DNA of 63,923 nucleotides, counting the filler, from Lenisia limosa (taxonomy: Eukaryota; Protista; Breviatea): the NCBI GenBank assembly GCA_001655205.1. It is 14 parts of 14 records of this genome, joined end to end, with 100 filler letters (N's around TTAATTAATTAA, not from the genome) between each part and the next. Parts side by side here need not be neighbours in the genome. Positions count along the whole stretch, not along the records: positions 1 to 1,125 come from LPNZ01002859.1; positions 1,226 to 6,072 come from LPNZ01008851.1; positions 6,173 to 7,505 come from LPNZ01008678.1; positions 7,606 to 10,637 come from LPNZ01004289.1; positions 10,738 to 12,864 come from LPNZ01000570.1; 9 more parts are not named here. One strand, written 5' to 3'. Of this stretch, positions 1 through 10,915 are shown piece by piece. The position numbers were made by a program, and so were the translations under genes. The number at the start of each line of letters is the position of its first letter. Position 1 is the first letter of the stretch. A model generated the notes under the pieces. The model ran no database searches. It saw only the letters and a program-made list of their open reading frames with translations, and had not been told where the DNA came from.

Positions 1-993
1 GTGAAAGGCCAATCAAACTTCGTGATAGCTGGTTCTCTCCGAAATATATTTAGGTATAGCGTCATGTTGTAGCATAGGGGGGTAGAGCACTGATTGGGCT
101 AGGGCCTATACCAAGGTACCAAACCCTGTCAAACTCCGAATACCCTATGTGTAATCATGGCAGTCAGACGGCGGGTGATAAAATGCGTCGTCGAGAGGGA
201 AACAACCCAGACTACCAGCTAAGGTCCCAAAGTGATAACTCAGNNNNNNNNNNNNNNNNNNNNNNNNNNNNNNNNNNNNNNNNNNNNNNNNNNNNNNNNN
301 NNNNNNNNNNNNNNNNNNNNNNNNNNNNNNNNNNNNNNNNNNNNNNNNNNNNNNNNNAAAGTTATCCACCGAAGCTGTAGATTCAAAATTTATTTTGAGT
401 GGTAGGAGAGCGTTCTAGTCAGCGCTGAAGGTGTACCGGTAAGGAGCACTGGAGCGGCTAGAAGTGAGCATGCAGGCATGAGTAGCGATAAAAGGGGTGA
501 GAATCCCCTTCGCCGAAAACCCAAGGTTTCCTACGCGATGCTCGTCATCGTAGGGTTAGTCGGGACCTAAGTCGAGTCCGAAAGGGGTAGACGATGGAAA
601 ATAGGTTAATATTCCTATACTAATTATAGAGCGTGATGGAAGGACGCTTAGGGCTAAACGAGCTATCTGATGGAATAGATAGTCGAAGGGCGTAGATTGA
701 GACGGAGGCAAATCCCCGTTTCTTTAATTCGAGACCCGACAGGCACTTGATACTCTTCGGAGTGGAAGGTGAATCGTTGATGCCGTCGAGCCAAGAAAAG
801 TTTCTAAGCATATCTATAATTACCCGTACCGTAAACCAACACAGGTGGGTGAGATGAGTATTCTAAGGCGCGTGGAAGAATCCTGGTTAAGGAACTCTGC
901 AAAATAGCACCGTATCTTCGGTATAAGGTGTGCCTCCTTCGGTATAGAGATTTACTCTCGAAAGCTGGAAAGGTTGCAACAAAGAGTCCCTCC

Positions 994-1026
<33 letters not shown>

Positions 1027-1031
1027 CACGT

Positions 1032-1066
<35 letters not shown>

Positions 1067-1125
1067 TGGAAGGTTAATTGATGCTGTTAGCTTCGGCGAA
1101 GCAGTTGATCGAAGCCCCAGTAAAC
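1..1125 (+). rRNA. rrl: Bacterial 23S rRNA fragment (internal part, gap at 244-357), Campylobacterota-like
   Basis: Conserved LSU motifs GTGAAAGGCCAATCAAAC, GAGAGGGAAACAACCCAGAC, CCCGTACCGTAAACCAACACAGGTGG, AAGGAACTCTGCAAAATAGCACCGTA and GTGACGCCTGCCCGGTGCTGGAAGGTTAA. The stretch CTTCGTGATAGCTGGTTCTCTCCGAAATATATTTAGGTATAGC matches my recollection of epsilonproteobacterial 23S. The taxonomic call is less certain than the rRNA call. Confidence 0.97.
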
Positions 1126-1169
1126 NNNNNNNNNNNNNNNNNNNNNNNNNNNNNNNNNNNNNNNNNNNN

Positions 1170-1181
1170 TTAATTAATTAA
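1170..1181. other. Artificial contig spacer TTAATTAATTAA (stops in all six frames) embedded in Ns. Also at 6117, 7550, 10682, 12909, 18055, 36813, 41742, 45054, 59043, 60249, 61751, 62864.
   Basis: Identical 12-mer always centred in ~100 N; typical concatenation linker. Confidence 0.97.
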
Positions 1182-1225
1182 NNNNNNNNNNNNNNNNNNN
1201 NNNNNNNNNNNNNNNNNNNNNNNNN

Positions 1226-1322
1226 GGGGGGGGGGGGTAAATTGGAATACAGAAATCAACTCTTTTGGCGGACAACGCACAAGGGTTGAGAACAACAACA
1301 ACAAAAAAGAAGAAGCTCAGGC
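1226..1322 (-). repeat. Intronic repeat family B copy
   Basis: Reverse complement reads CCTGAGCTTC..TGTTGTTCTCAACCCTTGTGCGTTGTCCGCCAAAAGAGTTGATTTC..TTCCAATTTACCCCCCC. Confidence 0.8.
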
Positions 1323-1399
1323 CAAAAGGGTAGGGGGAGAGAAAGTGGATTAAAATATGGCCAAATGACAAAACATCATTCCCGAGGAGAAGTGCATAC

Positions 1400-1674
1400 C
1401 GGAAGGGTAGATTTTCTCTCCAAACGGTCCCGGTAAACTGTCCTCTGATGTCACTGATCTGGGGGGTAATTATGAAACAAAAAGAAAGCCCAAATCACCT
1501 GTGTTGGCTGCCAACACACGTAATTGGAAAATAAAAACTTCGGAATCTGTCTCATAACCCTTTAACATCCTATGAAGCAACAAGTATTGTCACTGTTCCA
1601 CAAACCCGGTTCGCTTCCTCCGGTACTCCGCAGGGGTGAGGGGGGTCATTGGTCGTGAAGAAGGCAGGGATGGC
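1400..1674 (-). CDS. Two exons of an unidentified gene (AIPAFFTTNDPLTPAEYREEANR | ISDIRGQFTGTVWRENLPF)
   Basis: Exons 1606-1674 (CTAAC..CAG acceptor, GT donor) and 1400-1458 (CCCCCCAG acceptor, GTATGC donor) join in frame. Confidence 0.45.
1461..1520 (-). repeat. Family B 3' part, ending in the acceptor AG at 1459-1460
   Basis: GTGTGTTGGCAGCCAACACAGGTGATTTGGGCTTTCTTTTTGTTTCATAATTACCCCCCAG|exon. Confidence 0.8.
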
Positions 1675-1693
1675 CTGGGTGGTTAGTAAGTAT

Positions 1694-1787
1694 GGCTTCA
1701 CTTGGGTTCGAGAAAAAAACCGAATTTCTCGATAAATCCTCGAAAACTGCTGATATTTTACTGTCTATTTGGAACTGAAGTGAAGCC
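1694..1787. mobile_element. MITE family A copy (a degenerate second copy follows at ~1793-1880)
   Basis: TIR GGCTTCACTTGGGTTC...GAACTGAAGTGAAGCC; shared core TTCTCGATAAATCCTCGAAAA. Confidence 0.8.
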
Positions 1788-2136
1788 CAAAGGCTCACGC
1801 CGATTCAGAAAACGACTTGATTGCTCGAAAAATATCGATATTTTACTGATCTTGTTCGCAATCGATCGAAAACCAAGTGGTTAGTCATGGTGGCTGAGTA
1901 GTACATCTACCAAATCCCGTTTACAGACTGTTCAAAGTGGCAAGTAAGGTGAAGGAACTAACGTCTTGTTTGATCGCTCAAAAACTCCCAGCAAGTCCTC
2001 AATCCTCCCCCCCCCCCACAGACAAACTCATATTTCATATCATAATTTAGTGTCCCATTCCCCATAAAGATCCCACACACACACCTACTTCCTTAAGAAG
2101 CCCCCACCTCACAATTCCTCGGGGATATTATTGTTT

Positions 2137-2232
2137 GAGCTTTACTTCGGTTCGACAAATAGAGGTAAAATATCGATAATTGTCGAATATTGTTCGAGAA
2201 ATTCAGTCTTTTTTCGAACCGAAGTTAAGCCC
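2137..2232. mobile_element. MITE family A copy
   Basis: GAGCTTTACTTCGGTTCGA...TCGAACCGAAGTTAAGCCC followed by TAA. Confidence 0.8.
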
Positions 2233-2247
2233 TAATTATTGTAACCC

Positions 2248-5200
2248 TCACCTATTCCTCAGGAAGGTCTCGAGGTCGCTGAAGACACGTTCGATGTCAC
2301 GGCTGCCGTCAACCCGGTGGCATACTGCAGTGTGGGGGCAGATGGCAGTGTAACACTCAAGGATTCCTGGGGTGGGGGGTAAATTTGGAAAATTAATGAA
2401 ACAAAAAAGCCCAAAATAACTTTGGCTGATAATACACAAGGATTGGTAAGGAGATTCAGTGCTAGTGTCACTGAAATTTGGTTACAGTATTATAAATAGC
2501 AATGAGAAATAAAAATAAGATGTATTAGTCAGATTCAGTCTACTTACTCTCTCTCTCCAAATAAAGATACGAAGATAAAGATAGAGATGATAGATTATGA
2601 AAAGAAAATACTGACAGTGTCATAATAATAATAACAAAAAAATAAATCAACCGAATCCAAAAATGAAAACAAAGCAAGGTGGAGATGATGGGACGTGCGG
2701 ATTATATCCAAAAACTCTCGGAAAATTTTGATATGTTTTTTTTCTCTTCCAAGCGGTATTACCATAGATTTTACCACTCGTAAATTGAGAAGTTAATTTT
2801 TGTTGACTTAAACAACTGCTATTCGGTTGCCAGGTCCCACGTGGAGATTGTCAAGGTCAATGGGGTCATCCCACGACAGTGTTCTCATTGCGATATCAAG
2901 CTCAACAACTGCCTCTACTGTCAGGGGGCTGAGTTCAAGGTGAGTTCCTCCGGTGCTTGTTTTGTAAAGAATTAACTTATTATTTTAAGTTGTTCAAACA
3001 AAACAAAACAAAAAAAAAACATTGCCGCCAATCTGGTAGAGCAACCTTAGCCCTTTCTTGGCACAACCCTCCGTGGGAGTTGGTGTTTCATGTGGATAAT
3101 TGCAATCTAGAAAGAAATGTTCATTTTAACTCAGGGGTGTTCTTCAGAAAGCTGCTGACAGGATGGCCACACCCTCCCTTGATCATCGTCGAGAAGTAGG
3201 AATTTATCATACTAATATAACCTTTAAGGCGATGAAGACAACTGTGTTTTAAAATGCCTTGTATAGGTTTCCTTCGCCAGCCAAATACGGGAAATCCCTC
3301 TCTGGGCTAATTGTCATCAGTGATAGTCGGCTTTTGTATTTTATTTTTGATTATTTTTCGAAACTTCAAACTTTTTCTTGGCGAATGGAATGAATGACCC
3401 GTCAAGCTTTGTTTTCTGGCTCATTCAACAGATCACTACTTCCGACACAATGCCTGTTTAAATTTTATGATATATTTAGGTCATACAAGACCGATCTACC
3501 AAAATGTGTTTCTGAAGGATGAGGTTGTTTGTCCATCTTTTTTGATAGCGAAATACAAATTGTCCATGATACTTAAGGTGCAAGGTTGAACATTCTTTGA
3601 TTTTTCAAAAACTATTTTTTCCTTAACAATCGTACAAATACCCCGAATTAGATATTTTGGTTGAAGAGTATCAAAGTGGTCATGTTATAATGAATAAATA
3701 GGAGTTCACCTTATTTGCCCAAAGCATCAAACATATAACATACAATGTATCATATCCTAACATGGTGTCCTTCCACCCTCACCAGCCAAGTTGTTCTTCC
3801 ACCCTCACCAGCCAGGTTATCATTGTAGGTTGCAATTCGTCTCTGGCATTTCGCCTCTGTATCGTCCTCGCGGCAAATACAGCGAGTTGCTACCTGTGGG
3901 TTGGTGAGGCAAGTTGACAGAATACTGTGGGGAAATGATCGTCATAATAGTTATGAATGAAACATTATACAAAAAAAAAAAAAAAAAANNNNNNNNNNNN
4001 NNNNNNNNNNNNNNNNNNNNNNNNNNNNNNNNNNNNNNNNNNNNNNNNNNNNNNNNNNNNNNNNNNNNNNNNNNNNNNNNNNNNNNNNNNNNGCGGGTTG
4101 AAGTCTCTGTGATAAATGTAGCCTAAGTAGTCAGGACAGGACTGTGTTTTGTATGTTTCACTAATATTTGTGTTTTATCAGAGGAGGCTGAAAAGACAGG
4201 TTGTCAGCACCAGATGTCCTGTTTCCTGTTCTACTCCGCGACTCCACCTCTACTCGTCCACCCCCCACCAGTTTCGGGATCCACCAAGCGGCCGACCACG
4301 CGCGAGATGAGAACGTCATCGTCCACGTCGAGTTCAATAACGTGCGTGGGGACGATTCCACTGCGCTGCAACGCGAGGGCCTGGTTGTGGGTACCTTGAC
4401 GGTGAAAAGGGTATATATATATATAAAAAAAGTTCAAAATCAATTGTGTTGGCTGACACCACACAAGAGTTGAAAACAACANNNNNNNNNNNNNNNNNNN
4501 NNNNNNNNNNNNNNNNNNNNNNNNNNNNNNNNNNNNNNNNNNNNNNNNNNNNNNNNNNNNNNNNNNNNNNNNNNNNNNNNNNNGGTTCGAAAAAGACTGG
4601 TAAAATACCGACAGTTTTCGAGGATTTATCGAGAGATTCAGTCTTTTTTTGAACCGAAGTGACGCCCTAGATAAAATACAGAGTGAACTTGTTTTGATAA
4701 GACATTTGAGAAACACACGCGGGTTGAAAAAACAATGAAAGAAATCGAAAGGAATAAGGACGATGAAAGAGCATCAAGAAGAGGGGGAAATAGTGACAAT
4801 TTGAGAGTGATAAGATGGGGGGAATCAAAAAAAAAAAAAGATATGANNNNNNNNNNNNNNNNNNNNNNNNNNNNNNNNNNNNNNNNNNNNNNNNNNNNNN
4901 NNNNNNNNNNNNNNNNNNNNNNNTGATAAATCAGGGGGCAAAATGATCGAAAGAGTGGCAACACAGATGGGTGAAAGCAATGAAACTGTGACAAGATAGA
5001 TGGGTGAAAACTGTGGCAAGATAGATGGGTGAAAGCAGTGAAACTGTGGCAGGATAGACGAAAAAAAAGGAGTATTGGTGTACCCAGGGGGTCAATACCA
5101 ATGACAAAGACAACAAAGAAAATGGTGTCCACTCTCGGTTATTTTTTTTTTTTTTATCACATTTTCCCCATGGTTGTATTTCTTTCATGTATTCTCTTCC

Positions 5201-5780
5201 TCCTAAAAAGCTCACGGGGGAATCCATCCAAAATCCAGCCATGCTTTTGACAGTCAAGAGTGTCAAGCTTCTCCTTCACCTACAGGATAAGATTAATAGA
5301 TCTCATTATTTGAAAAAATAGGCGTATCTTGTCGAAGCCGTCCGCCCATCATGATTCTCATAGATACTGGGTTATTGTTTAATATTAATTCACCCAATCA
5401 TTTGTGGTACAACTCTGTGCACACAACTTTCTGCGTGCCTCCAACATGTGTGAAAAGTGGAAATAACAGATGTTGGTGCGCATCGTAAACAAAAACACTC
5501 TTAACCCATTATAATGGAAATGATAACCCCCTCATTCCGTGGTAATAAAAACGCAGTATCCCATGAAAAATTGCACGATTAACTCCCCGTAACCCCATCA
5601 TACCATCGTAGACATGCACCCGCCCTCTCATACCATGGTGATGATGTCCTCATCAGGAACGAGTTTGCCGTTGTCAATGAGGTGCTTGACCTTCTTGCCC
5701 AACTCGGTGTTGTTCTTCACATTCTCTCTCAACATGTCTCCCGTACTGATGTGCACCAAATGGTGCTCGTCCACAATGAA
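2248..5780 (-). CDS. ADK: Adenylate kinase, spliced, 5' P-loop exon not in scaffold. Exons 5634-5780, 5216-5279, 4269-4394, <4093-4122, 3809-3893, 2248-2366.
   Basis: Spliced translation: [40 protein letters not shown]|[14 protein letters not shown]|[33 protein letters not shown]|YIYHRDFNP..|[26 protein letters not shown]|[25 protein letters not shown]. All checkable GT-AG junctions are phase-consistent. Confidence 0.93.
2368..2447 (-). repeat. Family B 3' part, ending at the last ADK acceptor
   Basis: CCAATCCTTGTGTATTATCAGCCAAAGTTATTTTGGGCTTTTTTGTTTCATTAATTTTCCAAATTTACCCCCCACCCCAG|GAATCC. Confidence 0.8.
2754..3525 (+). CDS. Putative multi-exon gene nested antisense in the ADK intron (exons 2754-2779, 2834-2939, 3040-3082, 3135-3195, 3267-3325, 3432-3525)
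   Basis: Consecutive GT-AG junctions keep one stop-free frame: ..[35 protein letters not shown]|[14 protein letters not shown]|[20 protein letters not shown]|[20 protein letters not shown]|NHYFRHNAC.. Product not recognised. Confidence 0.55.
4410..4481 (-). repeat. Family B copy upstream of the ADK acceptor at 4395
   Basis: TGTTGTTTTCAACTCTTGTGTGGTGTCAGCCAACACAATTGATTTTGAAC. Confidence 0.75.
4585..4667. mobile_element. MITE family A copy in ADK intron (left end lost in gap)
   Basis: GGTTCGAAAAAGACTG...CAGTCTTTTTTTGAACCGAAGTGACGCCC followed by TAG. Confidence 0.8.
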
Positions 5781-5818
5781 CTACAAATGTCAGGAATGTT
5801 TGATGTGACGAATGTATA

Positions 5819-5915
5819 AGGTTTCACTTCGGTTCAAAACAACACTTACTTTCAGGATAAATCCTCGAAAATTATCGATAATATACCGATCCTTTTCAAA
5901 ACCAAAGTGAAGCAC
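5819..5915. mobile_element. MITE family A copy
   Basis: GGTTTCACTTCGGTTC...AACCAAAGTGAAGCAC; core GATAAATCCTCGAAAATTATCGATA. Confidence 0.7.
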
Positions 5916-5974
5916 TAGGAATGTTTGACGGCGGTGTGATGGTTTAATCTTACCGCCGCCTCAACAATATGAAT

Positions 5975-6051
5975 GCCAGTCCCAAAAAAAGACCGAATAT
6001 CTTGATAAATATCGATATTTAAACGGTCTTTTTCGGACCGTAGGGAAGCCC
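5975..6051. mobile_element. MITE family A copy (subtype A2 end)
   Basis: Ends CGGTCTTTTTCGGACCGTAGGGAAGCCC followed by TAA. Confidence 0.75.
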
Positions 6052-7739
6052 TAATTATATTCCCCCCCCCGCNNNNNNNNNNNNNNNNNNNNNNNNNNNN
6101 NNNNNNNNNNNNNNNNTTAATTAATTAANNNNNNNNNNNNNNNNNNNNNNNNNNNNNNNNNNNNNNNNNNNNCCCCCTCAGCACCCCCGCCGCCACGACT
6201 GAGGTACATGGCCATGCCAAAGACTGCAATGAGGCCTAAAGACGACCCGATTACCTGGCTGTAACGGTTATAACGGTCAAATACATGGATATATCGGTCA
6301 AATATAAAATATAACCTCAAAGTTCTAATAATATTATTTCGATAATAGTATGAGTAGCTTCAATTTCAGTTCCAAAAAAGACTAAATGGATGGAAGAATG
6401 GACCATTGATACCTAATATCATCAATACCCCCCCCCCCCNNNNNNNNNNNNNNNNNNNNNNNNNNNNNNNNNNNNNNNNNNNNNNNNNNNNNNNNNNNNN
6501 NNNNNNNNNNNNNNNNNNNNNNNNNNNNNNNNNNNNNNNNNNNNNNNNNNNNNNNTCACTTGGATGAAGGTGCCCTTGACTACTTTTCCGAAAATATCGG
6601 AATTATCTTGCCTCATGCTGATTTTGCTGATACGCGAGAAGTTTTCGATGGAGTTCAAGTATGATCCTTGTTGTTTAACATTTCGCATTGTATGATTGAC
6701 GTCTGGTTTGTGTTGGTGATATATCCCTAATTTCTCAGTTGTTTATTTCTTTGGTTTGTTTTAGTGATATATCCCTAATTTTTCAGTTGTTTATTTCTTT
6801 GGTTTGTTTTGGTGATATATTTTGGTTTGTTTTGGTGTTTGGTTTTTATTATTTTAGGTTTTTTTTTCAAATATGACATTAAATTCTTGATGTCAAGTAT
6901 AATCCTTGTTGTGTCTAACGCCTAACTTGCGTACTTCGGTCAGATTAGTGATTATGTTGTTTGATGATNNNNNNNNNNTTTGCTGGTGGAATGGTTGGCC
7001 ACTGGTTGATCATCAAACAACATAATCATCAAACAACATAATCACTAATCTGACCGAAGTACGCAAGTTAGGCGTTAGACACAATGCTGGTGGAATGGTT
7101 GGCCACTGGTTGATTGTTGTTTGACATGGACCAAGCCGGAGCCCGAAACCAGGGGGAAATACATGTATATGATCGATAAATCAATGAATTGGAACCGAAA
7201 GTGAAGCTCTCATTTANNNNNNNNNNNNNNNNNNNNNNNNNNNNNNNNNNNNNNNNNNNNNNNNNNNNNNNNNNNNNNNNNNNNNNNNNNNNNNNNNNNN
7301 NNNNNNNNNNNNNNNNNNNNNNNNNNNNNNNNNNNNNNNNNNNNNCATCAGGAACGCCGTCCTCCTCACAAGCCCTAAGTAACTGATCCTCAAACTGTCG
7401 CGATGACATGACGTCTGGGTGGTCAGATATGGGGAGAGTTACAGCATTATCTCTTAAATGTCCATATACATGTAGTAGTATAGTATATGCTAGGCAACCT
7501 AAACTNNNNNNNNNNNNNNNNNNNNNNNNNNNNNNNNNNNNNNNNNNNNTTAATTAATTAANNNNNNNNNNNNNNNNNNNNNNNNNNNNNNNNNNNNNNN
7601 NNNNNACCCTGCTATGTTATACTCTGATGCTAGACCCTGCTATGTTATACTCTGATGCTAGACCCCCACTTTACCAAATACCATCCCTTTGTTTTTTCTT
7701 TTTTCTATTTCTTTTTCTCCCTTCCTACAATATACTATA

Positions 7740-10290
7740 AAATACCCCACATACACCCCACCCACTCTGGGTCTTTACTCGCGTCTTCCAAGTCGGTCGG
7801 GACGGGGTAGGAGGTCACTGATAAGCCACCCTGTAGTGGTGTGAAAGATTGCGTGACTATGCGCAAAAATGATGTCAATTGAAGTGAATTGACGTGAAAA
7901 TGATGTGAATTTATGCGAAAATGGCTTGATAGAAGCAATGATAAGGGAGATGATAAGATGTATGACAAGAGGTGTTTTATGAAACAAAGAAGCTCAAAAT
8001 CAACTTTGCTGTCTAGCAACACACGTGATAGTGGCCTCAAAAGAGTGACCCCACATCAATTAGCATCATTTCCGTTCTTTCGTATCCTCCTACCCATATT
8101 ATTTCGGTCATTTATTACACATCATTTCAGTCTTCTAGTATCCTCCTACCCATATTATTTCGGTCTATTAAACATTATTTCATGTTAGTATACTCCTCTC
8201 CCCTACATCAAGGTGCATCATTTCAGTCTCGGGACTGGAGACTGGAGAAGGTGGAGCGATTTGCGGAGGAGACGAGGTGATCTGCGGGGGGGGGGGGGNN
8301 NNNNNNNNNNNNNNNNNNNNNNNNNNNNNNNNNNNNNNNNNNNNNNNNNNNNNNNNNNNNNNNNNNNNNNNNNNNNNNNNNNATCGATGAAGAATATTGG
8401 CGTAAAGGTACTAATGACGAACCGAAATAATCTGAAACTCCGGGAGTGATATTGGAAAATTTATGAAACAAAAAAAAGAAGCCTAAAATCAACTCTGTTG
8501 GCTGAAAACACACAAGGGTTGGTAACAACAAAACAAACAAATCCCAGGGCGGTTGATTTTGCCGCACCGCATCCCATCACTCTCCAGCGTAGAATGAGGG
8601 GGGAGTGTTTATGGTAGGGTCACGGGAGGAGGGAAGATAGCGTGAAGGGATATGGGGACAAGTTTAAGGTTTCAGCAGGTCTGATAATGACGGAATAATA
8701 TCGATAGATTTCGAGGATTTATCGAGAAATTCAGTCTTTTTTCGAAGTGAAGCCCTTGTTTTTAACAAGTATATATTTGTTGTTAAATCTCCTCAGAAAG
8801 CCGAGATTAACCTCATGACGCTCTGATCATCCCCGAACCTCAGCCCTTCCATAGCGCTGGTGACTGTTGTGTTGTCTGTTATTCGCTTTGCCCTTCATTG
8901 CGGATGGCACTGTTTCCTNNNNNNNNNNNNNNNNNNNNNNNNNNNNNNNNNNNNNNNNNNNNNNNNNNNNNNNNNNNNNNNNNNNNNNNNNNNNNNNNNN
9001 NNNNNNNNNNNNNNNNNNNNNNNNNNNNNNNNNNNNNTCATTATCACCACTGTCACCGTCATCATCATCTCACTATCATCATCACTATCACTATCAACAT
9101 CAACATCATCAACCCCTACCATCACTATCAACACAATTATCAACACCGATCACCCCTCCCCACCCTCTCCTCATAAGCCAAAAGACTCAAGACGTGACGT
9201 CACTGATTCGGTCTCAGAATGGGCCATCGCCACATTCTCTTCACTCCCTCCCTTTCATAACCATCATCATAATCGTCATAATCACTAACAACAACAACAA
9301 CATCATCATCGTCATCATCATCAATATCATTATATAATAATATAATAATCATCATTATCACCACCGATCACCCCTCCCCACCCTCTCCTCATAAGCCACA
9401 AGACTCTCAAGACGTGATGCCACTGATTCAGTCTCAGAATGGGCCATCGCCACATTCTCGGGAGGAAGACCCACGTCGAAGGAAGTGTTGGAGGAGCTGC
9501 GGGTGTAAAATTGGAAAATTAAAACAAAGACAGGATCTGGGGGGGGGGATTTAGTCTTAGAAAAACAGTTTTCAATGAAATAAGATACAAACGATTNNNN
9601 NNNNNNNNNNNNNNNNNNNNNNNNNNNNNNNNNNNNNNNNNNNNNNNNNNNNNNNNNNNNNNNNNNNNNNNNNNNNNNNNCGGCGGAGCGCTATTTCCGA
9701 GCCTTCGATGTCGCACTCGATGTCCCTATATGGTAAGTGGGCCGAGGACTTGCCAAATAAGGAAGGTTGGTAGTGGGCCACTTTGAGAAATAGTATATCA
9801 GAAAATTCGGGATTTCATACAGCACCCCGACCGAAAGAGCGGAAGTATTGATAAACAATATATGTGTGTTTAACCCATCATATCCAGTAGTGCTATGATC
9901 AAGTGACCGACTTTTGAGTCGAAATGATGACAGGTTTATCTCTAAATGTTATTGAGACCTGTTGGTCAATTATTATACGAGTGGATATGAGGTATCATAT
10001 CACTGCGGGGAAATGGTCAAAAAGTGATATGACTGTAAACAGTCCAACCTGAGGAAAGACGCAATGGCAAAGTGGACTGTGGCTGAATTAGGGAAGTCTC
10101 GAACCAGCTCAATGAACAGGAGGCGTGTCCGCGAACTGCGCGTGGGGTGGTTAATTGATATCTACAGATACAATCTGGAGCTTGATTTCAATTATCTTTT
10201 CTATTGGGTAAGCAGACAAATGTAACGTCTTGCTTGATTTCCTCCTACCGGAGCTGGTGAATGGCCTTGGAGATTCGAGGAAGTCTATTG
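7740..10290 (-). CDS. Unidentified multi-exon gene, fragmentary (e.g. RLLFIELVRDFPNSATVHFAIASFL; SSNTSFDVGLPPENVAMAHSETESVASRLESLVAYEER; ITSSPPQIAPPSPVSSPETEMM)
   Basis: Several GC-richer open blocks bounded by C-rich AG acceptors and GT donors on the minus strand; no family recognised. Confidence 0.4.
8442..8590 (-). repeat. Family B, near full-length copy
   Basis: TACGCTGGAGAGTGATGGGATGCGGTGCGGC..CCTGGGATTTGTTTGTTTTGTTGTTACCAACCCTTGTGTGTTTTCAGCCAACAGAGTTGATTTTAGGC..GTTTCATAAATTTTCCAAT. Confidence 0.85.
8668..8755. mobile_element. MITE family A copy
   Basis: Core TTTCGAGGATTTATCGAGAAATTCAGTCTTTTTTCGAAGTGAAGCCC. Confidence 0.7.
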
Positions 10291-10780
10291 AAATTCGGCT
10301 TGGGAGAGGCTAAATAATGAGATTTGGGGAGTATGAAGTTAATAATAAAATCGATGTTAAAAATAAAACACCATAACCCCTGCCTCAGATATCACCATTC
10401 TCTCCCCACAGGATGCTTTGACACCCATCCCCCCATAATTTTTATAAGTCACTGAAGGTTCCAGAAGACATGATAAATATTGAAGAATGATCTAGAATTC
10501 AGTCTTTTGGGAACCGAAAGCGAAGCTCACTGTTTACGTACGTTTTCCCATCTTGGACAGAAATCTCCAACGTGGATTGGATCCCTCCCACCCCCTCCAA
10601 AGGATGGTCGTCAATATATACATGTACTATATATCATNNNNNNNNNNNNNNNNNNNNNNNNNNNNNNNNNNNNNNNNNNNNTTAATTAATTAANNNNNNN
10701 NNNNNNNNNNNNNNNNNNNNNNNNNNNNNNNNNNNNNTCGGCCAGATGCTACCTTATTTTTTGTTTCTCATTGTAAATAT

Positions 10781-10880
10781 CTTTGTTTGTTTTGTTGTTG
10801 TCAACCCTCATGTGTTGTCAGCGGAATTGATTTTGGGCCTTTTTTTTTTTGTTTCATAAACTTTCCAATTTTACCGCTCC
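10781..10880 (+). repeat. Family B copy upstream of a probable acceptor (~10915)
   Basis: CTTTGTTTGTTTTGTTGTTGTCAACCCTCATGTGTTGTCAGCGGAATTGATTTTGGGCC..GTTTCATAAACTTTCCAATTTTACC. Confidence 0.8.
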
Positions 10881-10915
10881 ACCCTTTCTTTGTCCTAAAA
10901 TATCCTTACTCGGCA

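Noticed and set aside
145-1013. ORF-track calls within the rRNA, and all ORFs made largely of X
   Set aside because: Spurious frames over rRNA, or ORFs that are open only because they cross N gaps.
1170-1181. TTAATTAATTAA recurring 13 times as a biological motif
   Set aside because: Always centred in N runs of constant length; it is a six-frame-stop assembly linker. No synteny can be inferred across it.
1-1460. Bacterial rRNA inserted in a eukaryotic chromosome (HGT or organelle insertion)
   Set aside because: The two sequences are separated by an artificial spacer, so adjacency is not physical.
6909-7085. Long perfect inverted repeat or hairpin element
   Set aside because: The arms flank an 11-N gap and neighbouring sequence (TGCTGGTGGAATGGTTGGCCACTGGTTGAT) is duplicated locally; most likely a scaffolding or chimeric-read artefact.
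8383-8437. Exon directly after the B copy at 8442
   Set aside because: Nearly the same ~50 bp occurs at 63560-63610 inside another intron, so it is a small dispersed repeat. This B copy is therefore not counted as acceptor-adjacent.
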